Assembly (NCBI RefSeq): GCF_039925265.1
Contig: NZ_JBDSZG010000024.1
Coordinates: 15,626-79,625, forward strand
DNA from: Mucilaginibacter sp.
GTDB lineage: Bacteria; Bacteroidota; Bacteroidia; Sphingobacteriales; Sphingobacteriaceae
Reading direction: 5' to 3'
DNA length: 64,000 nt
The notes under the pieces are model-generated. The model was not told where the DNA came from, did no database searches, and saw nothing but the letters and a program-made list of their open reading frames with translations. The position numbers were made by a program, and so were the translations under genes. How positions within the stretch are numbered: the first letter of the stretch is position 1; every line of letters starts with the position of its first letter. Positions 9,435 through 20,435 of the stretch are shown here, piece by piece.

Positions 9435-10964
9435 TCAGGCCAGATTAATGGTTAAATGTATAAAAAATTCGCTTGCGTTTTCGCGAATGATCAGTTCGTG
9501 CTTGTTATGGTAAAGCAGCTTCAACCGTTGCTTTACATTCACCAGGCCAATGCCACTTTTGCCTTTTTCAGGGTCATTATCCGGGCGGATGTGGATGCTG
9601 TTATGCACATCAAAATACAGCGTGTTCTCTTTAGTTTGCAGCGTTATTTTAATGTGCGATGGCTCGCGCAGGCTGATGCCGTGTTTAAAAGCGTTCTCTA
9701 TAAACGGAATAAGGAGCATTGGGGCGATCTGCAGGCCCAGTATATGATCTTCTATCTGCACATCTATGTTAATATCCGGTGAGGTTTGCGTACGCAGCTT
9801 TTGCAGGGCGATGTAGTTGTTAAGATAGTCTATCTCGCGGGTAAGCAGTATTTTCTCGTGCATGTTCTCCTGCAGCATAAAGCGCATCATATCGCCAAGG
9901 CGCTGAATCCCCTCGCTGGTGCGGTCGGCGTTTTCCTGTATGGCGGTGCCGTAAAGGGTGTTTAGCGCGTTAAATAAAAAGTGCGGGTTTATCTGCGAAC
10001 GCAAAAAATCCAGGTTGGCCGCAGAGTTGCCGAGCGCTGTTTTCAGGTTAAGCAGTTCGGTAGTGCCCGCCATGCGGCGCTTGTAAGTGATCCATGAGAA
10101 TGCAGTAGTTACCAAAAGTTGAAAAATGGCATTAAAGCCCAGTGAGATAACAACAGCTTCGTGTCGCCGTAAGGCTACCGCCAAAATGAATCCGGCGGGA
10201 ATGGATACCGCTGCAACCATTATAAATACTTTGGTCCAGTAATGCATAAAGCGGTGTCCTTTGGCAAGCGTAGCCGGGATAAGGCTATAAGTAGAAATGG
10301 CATGCAAGCCTATTGCCACGGGTATGGTAAGGAAAAACAGGCTGATAACATCCATGTTGGCATCAATCAGCAACAGCCCAAATATTAGTAACATCCAAAG
10401 TACCAGGGCAACAATGCTATCGCGGGTGAGCATTTTGTATTCCGACTGGATCCGGTCGGTATTGTTGAGCAAGTAATTCGCCACATGCTTTATCAGGCTA
10501 TAAAGCGTAAGCATCATGGTTACCCATATGGCGTAAATAAGGTTTGTTTTAAACACAAGGTTGTACACATATTCCGGCGATTTGTGGTAAAACAAATAGC
10601 CTTTAAGCCAGGTATCGGTAATGCCGCAAAACAGCCATATCGCCCCAAAGAGCGTAACGGCCAATATGACCATTAAGGTGGTTTTACGTTTTTCTATCAG
10701 CGAGGGAATGATGACAAAATTCCAAAGTAGGAACGAAAAAAAGTAAAGCGTGTACCGCGCCACCATAGGGAAGAAGAAATATTTGGAGTAGGAGTAGTGC
10801 AGGTGGTATTCCTCAAACATGTAGCGGTAAGGCGTCCATACCACGTTTACATTGCTATCTGCTACCCGTGCAATTAGCAACAGTAACACAAAACCGTAAA
10901 TAAGGCCGGCTCCCCAGAGTTCTATTTTTTTAATGTCGACAGGTTTTTGGATAAGGGTGATCAT
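9435..10964 (-). CDS. LytS-type sensor histidine kinase
   Basis: LRSQINPHFLFNALN H-box, IENAFKHG N-box, GIGLVNV G-box; multi-TM N-terminal half. Confidence 0.92.
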   Translation of the reverse strand: MITLIQKPVDIKKIELWGAGLIYGFVLLLLIARVADSNVNVVWTPYRYMFEEYHLHYSYSKYFFFPMVARYTLYFFSFLLWNFVIIPSLIEKRKTTLMVILAVTLFGAIWLFCGITDTWLKGYLFYHKSPEYVYNLVFKTNLIYAIWVTMMLTLYSLIKHVANYLLNNTDRIQSEYKMLTRDSIVALVLWMLLIFGLLLIDANMDVISLFFLTIPVAIGLHAISTYSLIPATLAKGHRFMHYWTKVFIMVAAVSIPAGFILAVALRRHEAVVISLGFNAIFQLLVTTAFSWITYKRRMAGTTELLNLKTALGNSAANLDFLRSQINPHFLFNALNTLYGTAIQENADRTSEGIQRLGDMMRFMLQENMHEKILLTREIDYLNNYIALQKLRTQTSPDINIDVQIEDHILGLQIAPMLLIPFIENAFKHGISLREPSHIKITLQTKENTLYFDVHNSIHIRPDNDPEKGKSGIGLVNVKQRLKLLYHNKHELIIRENASEFFIHLTINLA

Positions 10965-11050
10965 GTTGATATAAAATTATGCCGCAAGATAACCCCGACA
11001 AATATGCCGCTAAAACAAATGGGACGAAAGGGCGAAAAAATGGGGTGAAG

Positions 11051-11130
11051 CCCCCTAACCCCCTGAAGGGGGAACCAAAGTTGATGACCTCAAGCAAATC
11101 AAAAGCTCCCCCTTCAGGGGGCGGGGGGGG
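11051..11130. repeat. REP-like doublet overlapping a gene end
   Basis: CCCCCTAACCCCCTGAAGGGGGA (11051-11073) and inverted TCCCCCTTCAGGGGGCGGGGGGG (11107-11130). Confidence 0.8.
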
Positions 11131-11986
11131 CTTCCAATATCCCCAGCAGTTCATTCAACTCATCCACCTTTTCGGCTGCGCCGGCATGTTCGTAGGCGCT
11201 GATGAGGTTGCGCAGTACGCGTTTAATAATATCGGCGTTAGAGCAGGGCTCGTAAAATTGCTTATCGAATTTCAGGTTCAGCTGTTTTAAAAACATATCT
11301 ACATCGCGCCTGCCAAATATGAAGCCCTTGTTAAAAGCATTAATATAAAACAGGATGCCGCCTTCAAATTCGGTTTCCTGGCTCTCGTCCATATAGGCCA
11401 AAATAAAGTGCTGCGGCAGGTTTACGCCGTATACCGGGATATCCAATTTTTGGGCGATGATGGAATAGATAATAGCCAGCGAGATCTGGTTGCCCTTCTT
11501 GCTTTCCAGCACCTGGCTTATGTAGCTGTTCTGCGGGTCGCGGTGGTTGGTGGTGTTGCCGCTAAAGCCATGGATGCTGTAAAACACATGGTTCATCAGC
11601 TTTATTTGTTCTACGGGGCTGGCTTCGTTCATCATCTGCAGCCATATATCGCGTTTAATGGCTTCTATCTGGTTAATTACCTTCTGCTCATCCAGGTCGG
11701 GGTATTGGTACCGGTTAATGATGAGGATCCCCTGCAAAAGATCGAACGCCCCGCCATGAAACCACAACTGCAGATCATTCTTTACCGTGCTGAATTGTAT
11801 CTCGTGAACCAAATTAGCAATACGCTCTTGTTGAATAGCATCAAACGCCTGTTCGAACGCACTTTCTAAATATTCGATAACCTCAGTACCATAAGAACGT
11901 AACTTTTGGTGTACATGTTCGTATACCTCCGCGTCGGTATCGTCGAGCAGTCTGATCAGGGAGTTTACTTCTGTTGGATTTATCAT
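11114..11986 (-). CDS. Transglutaminase-like (SirB1/Transglut_core2-type) protein
   Basis: GFSGN...QVLESKKGNQISLAIIY...GVNLPQHFIL...YINAFNKG...RVLRNL pattern. Confidence 0.8.
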   Translation of the reverse strand: MINPTEVNSLIRLLDDTDAEVYEHVHQKLRSYGTEVIEYLESAFEQAFDAIQQERIANLVHEIQFSTVKNDLQLWFHGGAFDLLQGILIINRYQYPDLDEQKVINQIEAIKRDIWLQMMNEASPVEQIKLMNHVFYSIHGFSGNTTNHRDPQNSYISQVLESKKGNQISLAIIYSIIAQKLDIPVYGVNLPQHFILAYMDESQETEFEGGILFYINAFNKGFIFGRRDVDMFLKQLNLKFDKQFYEPCSNADIIKRVLRNLISAYEHAGAAEKVDELNELLGILEAPPAP

Positions 11987-12040
11987 GTCTCTATCCGCTA
12001 AAATACTAAAGTTTGTATACTTTTACGCCAATTTAAACCG

Positions 12041-12826
12041 ATGTCTAATCTAACGTTCACAAAAGATTTCTTGTTTCACAGGCTTACGTCAAAAAACCGT
12101 CATGGTTTGCACTCTCCGTTTGTTTACAAACTGGTTGACGAAGTTATTTACGACCGCAAGCACAAACCCGCCTACGACAAAATAGAAAAAGAGCGCGATA
12201 ACCTGCTGATTGATGACCGCATTATCACCGTTACCGACCTTGGCGCCGGTTCCCGGGTGAATAAGAATAGCCAAAAAAAGATAAGCGATATCACCATCAA
12301 CGCGCTTAAACCTCCAAAGCTGGCGCAATTGTTACACCGTCTTGCAGCCTTTGTAAAGCCTAAAAGCATTGTTGAGTTGGGCACTTGCCTGGGCATTACA
12401 ACCCTATACCTGCATCAGGCAGCACCCGATGCAAAAGTTTATACCCTGGAGGGTTGCCCCGAAACAGCTGAAGTAGCCAAAGAAGTATTTAAGAGCGCCG
12501 GCCTGCACGATGTGAACCTGGTAACCGGCAATTTTGATGACACCCTTGCAGGCGTTTTAGGCAAGCATGAGCAACTGGATTTTGTATACATCGATGGCAA
12601 CCATCAGCGTGTAGCAACCCTTAATTACTTTGAGCAATGCCTGCCCAAAGTGCACGAAGGCACCATGCTGATATTTGACGATATTTATTGGAGCGAGGGC
12701 ATGAAACAAGCCTGGGCACAGATAAAGGCCAACCCACAGGTAACCGTAACAGTCGATTTGTTTTGGATAGGATTGGTGTTTTTTAAAACAGGTAGGGTGA
12801 AGGAAGATTTTAAAATAAGGGTATGA
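12041..12826 (+). CDS. Class I SAM-dependent methyltransferase
   Basis: IVELGTCLGIT motif I, YTLEG, YIDGNH, IFDDIYW. Confidence 0.85.
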   Translation: MSNLTFTKDFLFHRLTSKNRHGLHSPFVYKLVDEVIYDRKHKPAYDKIEKERDNLLIDDRIITVTDLGAGSRVNKNSQKKISDITINALKPPKLAQLLHRLAAFVKPKSIVELGTCLGITTLYLHQAAPDAKVYTLEGCPETAEVAKEVFKSAGLHDVNLVTGNFDDTLAGVLGKHEQLDFVYIDGNHQRVATLNYFEQCLPKVHEGTMLIFDDIYWSEGMKQAWAQIKANPQVTVTVDLFWIGLVFFKTGRVKEDFKIRV

Positions 12827-12830
12827 TAGT

Positions 12831-13445
12831 ATGTTGAAGAAATTTGAAAATAAATTCGGAATTGTATCCAAAAGCAAAGTCAGCAATGACTTGCAACCCT
12901 ACAAAAGCAGTTTTCCGGAGCCGGTATTTGAGGTGATAAATTTATATGGAGGGATAACCATAAGCAATGGATTATACCGTATACATACATTTGAAAGCAG
13001 TTTAACCTGGGCTAAAAATATTGAAGATTACTTTATAGCGTATAGGGACCTAATCGTCCCTTTTGGTTTCGATTGGATGGGAAGGCAATTTTGTATGAAC
13101 AAGCAAAATACTCAGCAGCTATATATGTTCGACCCTTCATCCGGCGAAGATTTTGAATTGGGGCAAAACGTTTTGCTGTTTCATGAAAATGATCTGGTTG
13201 ATGATACCGATGCTATGCTTTCGGACGATTTGTTTTTAGAGGCACTTAAGTGGGCTGAGGTTCCTGGTCTTAATTATGATGAATGCCTCACGCCAAAAAA
13301 CTCATTGTTATTAGGTGGCGAAGATATTTTAGAAGAGTATGAAGTATCTGATTTAGATGTTCATTGGCATATACATGACCAAATATATAACCAAATAAAA
13401 GATCTACCGCCCGGTACGAAGATCAATTCGATTAAAATTGATTGA
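12831..13445 (+). CDS. SMI1/KNR4- or Tdi1 (GAD-like/DUF1851)-type immunity protein
   Basis: YGGITISNGLYRI, FGFDWMGRQF, C-terminal LLLGGED...DLDVHW...QI...LPPGTKI; visibly AT-richer than neighbours. Confidence 0.65.
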   Translation: MLKKFENKFGIVSKSKVSNDLQPYKSSFPEPVFEVINLYGGITISNGLYRIHTFESSLTWAKNIEDYFIAYRDLIVPFGFDWMGRQFCMNKQNTQQLYMFDPSSGEDFELGQNVLLFHENDLVDDTDAMLSDDLFLEALKWAEVPGLNYDECLTPKNSLLLGGEDILEEYEVSDLDVHWHIHDQIYNQIKDLPPGTKINSIKID

Positions 13446-13548
13446 TTATTAACAGGATAAGGAAAACTTTAAATAGGGGTTAGATGAATTGGGAATGTGT
13501 CATTGCCTTTACCATGAACCATGATCTATGAATCATAAGCTGATAAAA

Positions 13549-14685
13549 CTAAAACGCTTCCCCCAAACCAATATAAACTCCGCTCAACCTTGGTTCATTA
13601 GCGCGTTTCTCGCCAACGCCGTAATCTACGCGGATACTTAAGCCTTTCTCCGTATCAAAAAAATAGCGCAGGCCGCCGCCGTAATTGGGTTTCAGTTCAT
13701 CAAAACTAAAGGTACTGTTCCATACCTGGCCGGTGCCTACAAAGCCCACTATGCCAATGCGGGTACCGATACGGTAACGCAGTTCGGTTTGGGCGGCTAT
13801 GAGGTTGCGGTCGCGGAAACGGCCGTTGTAGTAGCCGCGCATTATTTCGTCGCTGCCCAGGGCAGGCATCAAATAAAATGGCGACTGGCTGCCTGTAAGG
13901 CTTTGCTCCTGCGCGTTAAAACCCAAAACAAGGCGCTTGCTTAACGAGAAAAACTGCGCGTACTCGATATTTAATAGCCCACCCGAATAGCTGCTGTTGG
14001 TGCCTACGCCTTTCATCAGATCGAGATAACTGGTGATTACCGCGCCTTTGGTGGTATAGGTGTTGTTGTTGCGGCTATCAAAAATAAGGGTTGGCCCCGC
14101 GTAAATAGTTGTTCCGCCGTGGCGGCCTTCAATGCTTGGGTCGGTTTCAAATACGCCTGTTTTGTCTGCATCGGTAAATCGGTAATCAAACCCGCCCGCA
14201 ACAAGGCCGATGTACAGGCTTTGCGAGATCTTTTTTTCGCCGGACATGGCGAGCTTAAAGCGTTTCAGGCCCAGTCTGTCGGCATTGCTTTTTAAAGTAT
14301 TGTTGCCTACTCCATAAAAATCAAAGGGGAAATTGATATAAGAGATGGCTGCTATGTAATGGTATTTGTTTTGGGGTGTCCAGTAATTGGTGCTCAGGCT
14401 AAAGCGGCTTTGCCCTTTTGTAGTAACGGTAGCATACGCAAATATGTTGGATACCCGGGTGTTTCGGTTGACGGTATCGGTATAAAAAGAGAGCAAGCCG
14501 GCACCACCAAGCTCTAAGCCGGTTTCGGGCGCGGTGCTTAAAACAGGCAGTATTACAAAACTGTTTTTTTTGCTGGTGTCTTTATCAAAATACATCTTAC
14601 GGATGAATTTTGGCAGGAAGCTGTTTTGCGCGAACACGGGTTGTAAAACGGCCGTTAAAAATAGCGCGATAATGAGTTTTTTCAT
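13549..14685 (-). CDS. BamA/TamA-family outer membrane beta-barrel protein
   Basis: Signal peptide, MRGYYNGRFRD motif, GGGLRY, C-terminal GLGEAF. Confidence 0.8.
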   Translation of the reverse strand: MKKLIIALFLTAVLQPVFAQNSFLPKFIRKMYFDKDTSKKNSFVILPVLSTAPETGLELGGAGLLSFYTDTVNRNTRVSNIFAYATVTTKGQSRFSLSTNYWTPQNKYHYIAAISYINFPFDFYGVGNNTLKSNADRLGLKRFKLAMSGEKKISQSLYIGLVAGGFDYRFTDADKTGVFETDPSIEGRHGGTTIYAGPTLIFDSRNNNTYTTKGAVITSYLDLMKGVGTNSSYSGGLLNIEYAQFFSLSKRLVLGFNAQEQSLTGSQSPFYLMPALGSDEIMRGYYNGRFRDRNLIAAQTELRYRIGTRIGIVGFVGTGQVWNSTFSFDELKPNYGGGLRYFFDTEKGLSIRVDYGVGEKRANEPRLSGVYIGLGEAF

Positions 14686-14768
14686 AAGGTAGTAGTGACG
14701 CTAAAGGTAAAGCTTAAGCATTGTTTTAACCAATTTTCAATTTAAAATTCTGTTGTGCTCAAAATACC

Positions 14769-14776
14769 TACTTTTG
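14769..14776 (+). promoter_or_regulatory. Housekeeping -7 element
   Basis: TACTTTTG 23 nt upstream of ATG 14800. Confidence 0.5.
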
Positions 14777-14799
14777 CAAAATAATCAGCATAAATAAAT

Positions 14800-15780
<981 letters not shown>

Positions 15781-15917
15781 TTATTTTTTTGAAAAAAATC
15801 AAAAAATAATTGGGCGGTAATTTTTTAACCATTGTTTAAAAAAGCCTTTTTTACACACGATAAAGGGCTTTTTGCATTTGTTTAGAACGATTATAAATTA
15901 GATATTACTGTCACTAA

Positions 15918-15951
15918 TTTGTCAGCTATCCCTTAATAAATTTTACTTTTG
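15918..15951 (+). promoter_or_regulatory. Housekeeping promoter of the respiratory cluster
   Basis: TTTG (15918-15921), 22-nt spacer (slightly long), TACTTTTG (15944-15951). Confidence 0.5.
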
Positions 15952-16033
15952 TGGCTGAAAAAATGGCTAAAACATACATCGTTACGTCAGTTTAACTCAT
16001 TAACACTATAATTATTTAGCATAAATACACTTT

Positions 16034-17305
16034 ATGAGAAATATCTCATTGATTCTTAAACAGTTCTCAAAGTCGGTTTTGCTGGTTGCGGGTATTGCGC
16101 TTTGCGGGCTTACTGCGAACGCTCAGGCCGATGCAGCAAAAGGGGAAGCGATCTTTAAAGCCAAATGTACAGCATGTCATAAAATAGACGTGCGCATGAC
16201 CGGTCCAGCCTTAGGCCCTCAGCTTACACAGGAAACGGATGACGCTTACCTAACCAAGTGGATCCAGAACAACCAGGCATTAATTGCTGCAAAAAACCCT
16301 AAAGCACTCAAAATTTATAACGAGTACAACCAGGCAGGCATGACGGTTTTTTCCGAACTTGCTGATGCGGATGTGGCTAACGTTATAGCTTATGTGCGCG
16401 ACGACTGGAAAAAAATTCAGGCTGATAAAGCTAAAGCGCCAGCAGGTGGCGATGCCGCTGCTGCCGATGCAGGTCCAAGCAATCTGGTTATCTTTGGTTT
16501 GATAGGTGTTATCCTTATCGCCTTCATCGTAATACTTGTTTTAAACAAGGTTATTGCAACACTCGAGCGTTTGTTGTTGAGCAACAAGGGTTTGTTGGTT
16601 GAGGAAGAAGAAACCGAAGAAAAAGTAAAAGGCGACAGATTAGCGGTAGTTAAAAAAGCGCTGAAGAATAAAAAACTTGTTTTCTTCATCGTGCTATGCG
16701 GTACCATTGCAATGGGCAGCTGGAGCTGGGTTACCATGTGGAACACTAACGTTCACCAGGGATACCAACCGGTACAACCTATCAAATACTCGCATAAACT
16801 GCACGCAGGTACCATGAAACTGGAGTGCCAGTATTGCCACACCGGTGCGTTCAAATCTAAAAACGCGTCTATACCATCGTTAAACGTTTGTATGAACTGC
16901 CACAAGGCCGTTAAAACCGAATCTCCGGAAATACACAAGATATATGATGCTTTGGGTTACGATCCGCAAACCCAGAAATACGATACTACAAAAGCACATC
17001 CTATACAGTGGGTGCGTATCCACAACCTGCCAGATCTGGCTTACTTTAACCACTCACAACACACTGTTGTTGGTGCCATCAAATGTCAGAAATGCCACGG
17101 CGAGGTTCAGGAAATGCAGGAAGTATACCAATACTCACCGCTTACCATGAAATGGTGTATACAGTGCCACAAACGTACCAACGTTAACTACAAAGGAAAC
17201 GGTTACTACGATAAGATACTTGCGCTGCACGATGCTATTAAAAAAGGCAAAAAGCCTACGGTTGATGTATTAGGCGGTATAGAATGCGCCAAGTGCCATT
17301 ATTAA
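16034..17305 (+). CDS. actA: Alternative complex III multiheme subunit (monoheme plus pentaheme)
   Basis: Six CxxCH motifs: CTACH near the N-terminus, then CQYCH, CMNCH, CQKCH, CIQCH, CAKCH. Confidence 0.92.
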   Translation: MRNISLILKQFSKSVLLVAGIALCGLTANAQADAAKGEAIFKAKCTACHKIDVRMTGPALGPQLTQETDDAYLTKWIQNNQALIAAKNPKALKIYNEYNQAGMTVFSELADADVANVIAYVRDDWKKIQADKAKAPAGGDAAAADAGPSNLVIFGLIGVILIAFIVILVLNKVIATLERLLLSNKGLLVEEEETEEKVKGDRLAVVKKALKNKKLVFFIVLCGTIAMGSWSWVTMWNTNVHQGYQPVQPIKYSHKLHAGTMKLECQYCHTGAFKSKNASIPSLNVCMNCHKAVKTESPEIHKIYDALGYDPQTQKYDTTKAHPIQWVRIHNLPDLAYFNHSQHTVVGAIKCQKCHGEVQEMQEVYQYSPLTMKWCIQCHKRTNVNYKGNGYYDKILALHDAIKKGKKPTVDVLGGIECAKCHY

Positions 17306-17346
17306 TAAACGAAATAGAACTTAACATTACAGTTTATATAGCTTAA

Positions 17347-20300
17347 ATGGATAGCAATAAAAAATACTGGAAAGGTTTAGAGGAACTAAACAGAACGCCA
17401 GAATTTGTTGAGAAAAATAAACACGAGTTTGCGGAGCCGATCCCTATTGAAGAGGTATTAAGCGGAGGAGGGTTGTCTGCAAAAACACCCCGCCGCGACT
17501 TTTTAAAGGCGCTGGGCTTTGGTGTGGGTGCGGTTACTTTGGCGGCTTGCCAAAAGGTGCCGGTGCATAAATCTATACCATACCTTGTAAAACCTGAGGA
17601 AATTACCCCGGGTATCGCTAACTACTATTCATCAACATACGAAGGCAGCGCGATACTTGTAAAAACCCGCGAAGGCAGGCCAATTAAGGTGGAAGGTAAC
17701 CCTGGTGACCTATTATCAAAAGGTGGTTTAAGTGCACAGGCGCAGGCTTCGGTACTTGAATTGTACGATACCAGCCGCGTAAAAGACCCTAAGTTAAATG
17801 GCAACCCAACCGGTTGGCCACAACTTGATAAATTTGTTAAGGACGAGCTTACCGCTATTAAAGCCGGTGGCAAGAGAATAAGCATTGTATCATCAACCGT
17901 ACACAGCCCATCTACTTTAGCTGTTATTGCTGATTTTATTACCGCATTCCCTACTGCAAGCCATGTTACTTATGATGCAGTATCTTACACAGGTATTATC
18001 CAGGCAAACAAAAACAGCTTTGGTAAAGCCGTATTGCCGCACTACTATTTTGATAAAGCTGATGTAATTGTAAGTTTTGGTGCCGATTTCCTTGGAACAT
18101 GGATCTCTGGCGAGGAATTTACATCACAATACGTTAAAAACAGGAATAACAAATCCCTGGAAGCAAAGAAAATGTCGCGCCACATCCAGTTTGAAAGCGG
18201 GATGAGCCTGACAGGTACCAATGCAGACGTTCGTATGCCGATAAAACCTTCTGAGGATGGTATCGCGCTGATGAACTTATACAACGCATTATCTGGTACT
18301 TCTTTACCGGGTTCTAAAAAATTAACTAACGCGAATGCCGATAAAGCGATCGTATTAGTAGCCAAAGAGCTTTTAGCAGCAAAAGGCAGATCACTGGTTG
18401 TTGCCGGTTCAAACGATGTATCGGTTCAAACACTGGTAAACGCCATCAACTCATTGTTGGGCAGCTACGGTACTACTATCGATCTGGATAACCCATCACG
18501 CCAGTATGCCGGTAACGATACCGACTGGACCAAGTTTGTAGCTGATGCGAAAGCTGGTTTGGTAGATGCGGTTTTATTTCTGGATGCCAACCCTGCTTAC
18601 GATTATTACAACGCAAAAGATATTGAGGCTGCGCTTAAAAAGGTTCGCCTTAAAGTAACGTTCTCAGATCATGACGACGAAACCGCAGCTTTATGTAACG
18701 CGGTTGCGCCTAACCTCCACTACCTGGAATCATGGGGCGATGATAGCGCGATAGAAGGTTACTACACCGTAGTACAACCAACTATCAACCCGGTTAACAA
18801 CACCCGCCAGGCCGAAGAAAGCTTGTTGCTGTGGAGCGATAACGCGGTTAAAACTTACTACACTTATTTAAGAGCCAACTGGGAAACCAACTTATTAGCC
18901 AAAGGCGCTTTAGCCGGCCAGGCTGGTTGGGAGGCCCTTTTACAAAAAGGCTTTATTAACGCGGCACCGGCTGCAGCAGGTACCTACAGTTTTGCTTTAG
19001 ACCTTAACGCCGTTGCGCAAACCATATTAAGCCAAAGCGGTAAAATTGCTGCGGGTGGCAAATACGAATTACAGGTGTACCAAACACCAGCCATGCGCGA
19101 TGGTAAAAAAGCAAACAACCCATGGTTACAAGAGCTGCCAGATCCGGTAACTAAGGTTACCTGGGATAACTTTGCGGCTATGTCGCCATCTGATATCAAA
19201 GACCTTGGTCTTGATGAGTTCCAGGTGGTAACTATAAAAAGTGTTAACGGATATTCGGTAAGCTTACCGGTATTATCACAGCCGGGCCAGGCAAGGGGTA
19301 CAGTATCAGTAGCCGTAGGTTATGGCCGTACTGCAGCAGGCCTTGTTGGTAACAACGTTGGTAAAAATGCATACCCTTTCTACAACCTGCTTAATGGTAC
19401 GTTCCAAACTACCTCTGCGGTATCTGTAGATGTAACAAGCGATATATTCCCGCTTTCGCAAACGCAAACGCACCACTCTTTTGAGGGCCGTAATGTGATC
19501 CGCGAAGCAACCTTTACCGAATACAAAAAGAACGCAGCTGCGGGCAGTGGTAAAGACGAAGAGCACGAGAAATATGACCTTTGGGAAAAGAGCGTAGATG
19601 ATGCAAGTCACTCACGCCCTGTGTACGATTGGGTTATGGCTATTGACCTTAACGCCTGTACCGGTTGCGGCGCCTGTGTTGTAGCATGTAGCGCTGAGAA
19701 CAATATCCCTGTTGTAGGTAAAGACGAAGTTGGCCGCCGCCGCGAAATGCACTGGATCCGTATCGACCGCTACTATAGCTATGATAACGGTAAGGGCGAA
19801 CTAAACGTTACCAAGGAGAAAGAGATTGATGAGTTGAAAGACTTTGAGAACGTATCGGTAGTTCACCAGCCTATGCTTTGCCAGCACTGCGACCACGCAC
19901 CTTGCGAAACTGTATGCCCGGTATTGGCTACTGTACACTCAAGCGAAGGCTTAAACCAAATGGCTTACAACCGTTGCGTTGGTACACGTTACTGCGCAAA
20001 CAACTGCCCGTACAAAGTACGCCGCTTCAACTGGTTCAACTACTGGAACGATAGCCGCTTTGATAACTATCTGAGCAACGAACACACGCAATTAGTATTA
20101 AATCCGGATGTTACCACCCGTTTCCGTGGGGTAATGGAAAAATGCTCGATGTGCGTTCAGCGTATCCAGGCCGGTAAGTTAAAGGCCAAGATAGAAAAAC
20201 GCCCGTTGGCTGACGGTGAGGTTAAAGTTGCCTGCCAGCAAACATGTTCTGCAAACGCTATTGTTTTCGGTAACCGTAACGATCCTAACTCTGAAGTTTC

Positions 20301-20412
20301 AAAAGCTTTGAACAGCGAAAGGACTTACTACGTACTGGAAGAACTTAACGTGAAACCAGGCATTGGTTACCAGGTAAAAGTAAGGAACACATTATCAGAA
20401 TTACAGGCTTAA
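17347..20412 (+). CDS. actB: Alternative complex III molybdopterin-oxidoreductase-like/Fe-S subunit
   Basis: YWKGLEEL and RRDFLK Tat-variant leader; C-terminal CTGCGACVVAC, CQHCDHAPC, CVGTRYCANNCPY, CSMC Fe-S motifs. Confidence 0.93.
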   Translation: MDSNKKYWKGLEELNRTPEFVEKNKHEFAEPIPIEEVLSGGGLSAKTPRRDFLKALGFGVGAVTLAACQKVPVHKSIPYLVKPEEITPGIANYYSSTYEGSAILVKTREGRPIKVEGNPGDLLSKGGLSAQAQASVLELYDTSRVKDPKLNGNPTGWPQLDKFVKDELTAIKAGGKRISIVSSTVHSPSTLAVIADFITAFPTASHVTYDAVSYTGIIQANKNSFGKAVLPHYYFDKADVIVSFGADFLGTWISGEEFTSQYVKNRNNKSLEAKKMSRHIQFESGMSLTGTNADVRMPIKPSEDGIALMNLYNALSGTSLPGSKKLTNANADKAIVLVAKELLAAKGRSLVVAGSNDVSVQTLVNAINSLLGSYGTTIDLDNPSRQYAGNDTDWTKFVADAKAGLVDAVLFLDANPAYDYYNAKDIEAALKKVRLKVTFSDHDDETAALCNAVAPNLHYLESWGDDSAIEGYYTVVQPTINPVNNTRQAEESLLLWSDNAVKTYYTYLRANWETNLLAKGALAGQAGWEALLQKGFINAAPAAAGTYSFALDLNAVAQTILSQSGKIAAGGKYELQVYQTPAMRDGKKANNPWLQELPDPVTKVTWDNFAAMSPSDIKDLGLDEFQVVTIKSVNGYSVSLPVLSQPGQARGTVSVAVGYGRTAAGLVGNNVGKNAYPFYNLLNGTFQTTSAVSVDVTSDIFPLSQTQTHHSFEGRNVIREATFTEYKKNAAAGSGKDEEHEKYDLWEKSVDDASHSRPVYDWVMAIDLNACTGCGACVVACSAENNIPVVGKDEVGRRREMHWIRIDRYYSYDNGKGELNVTKEKEIDELKDFENVSVVHQPMLCQHCDHAPCETVCPVLATVHSSEGLNQMAYNRCVGTRYCANNCPYKVRRFNWFNYWNDSRFDNYLSNEHTQLVLNPDVTTRFRGVMEKCSMCVQRIQAGKLKAKIEKRPLADGEVKVACQQTCSANAIVFGNRNDPNSEVSKALNSERTYYVLEELNVKPGIGYQVKVRNTLSELQA

Positions 20413-20435
20413 TTATTACAAGAGATTTATAATAT

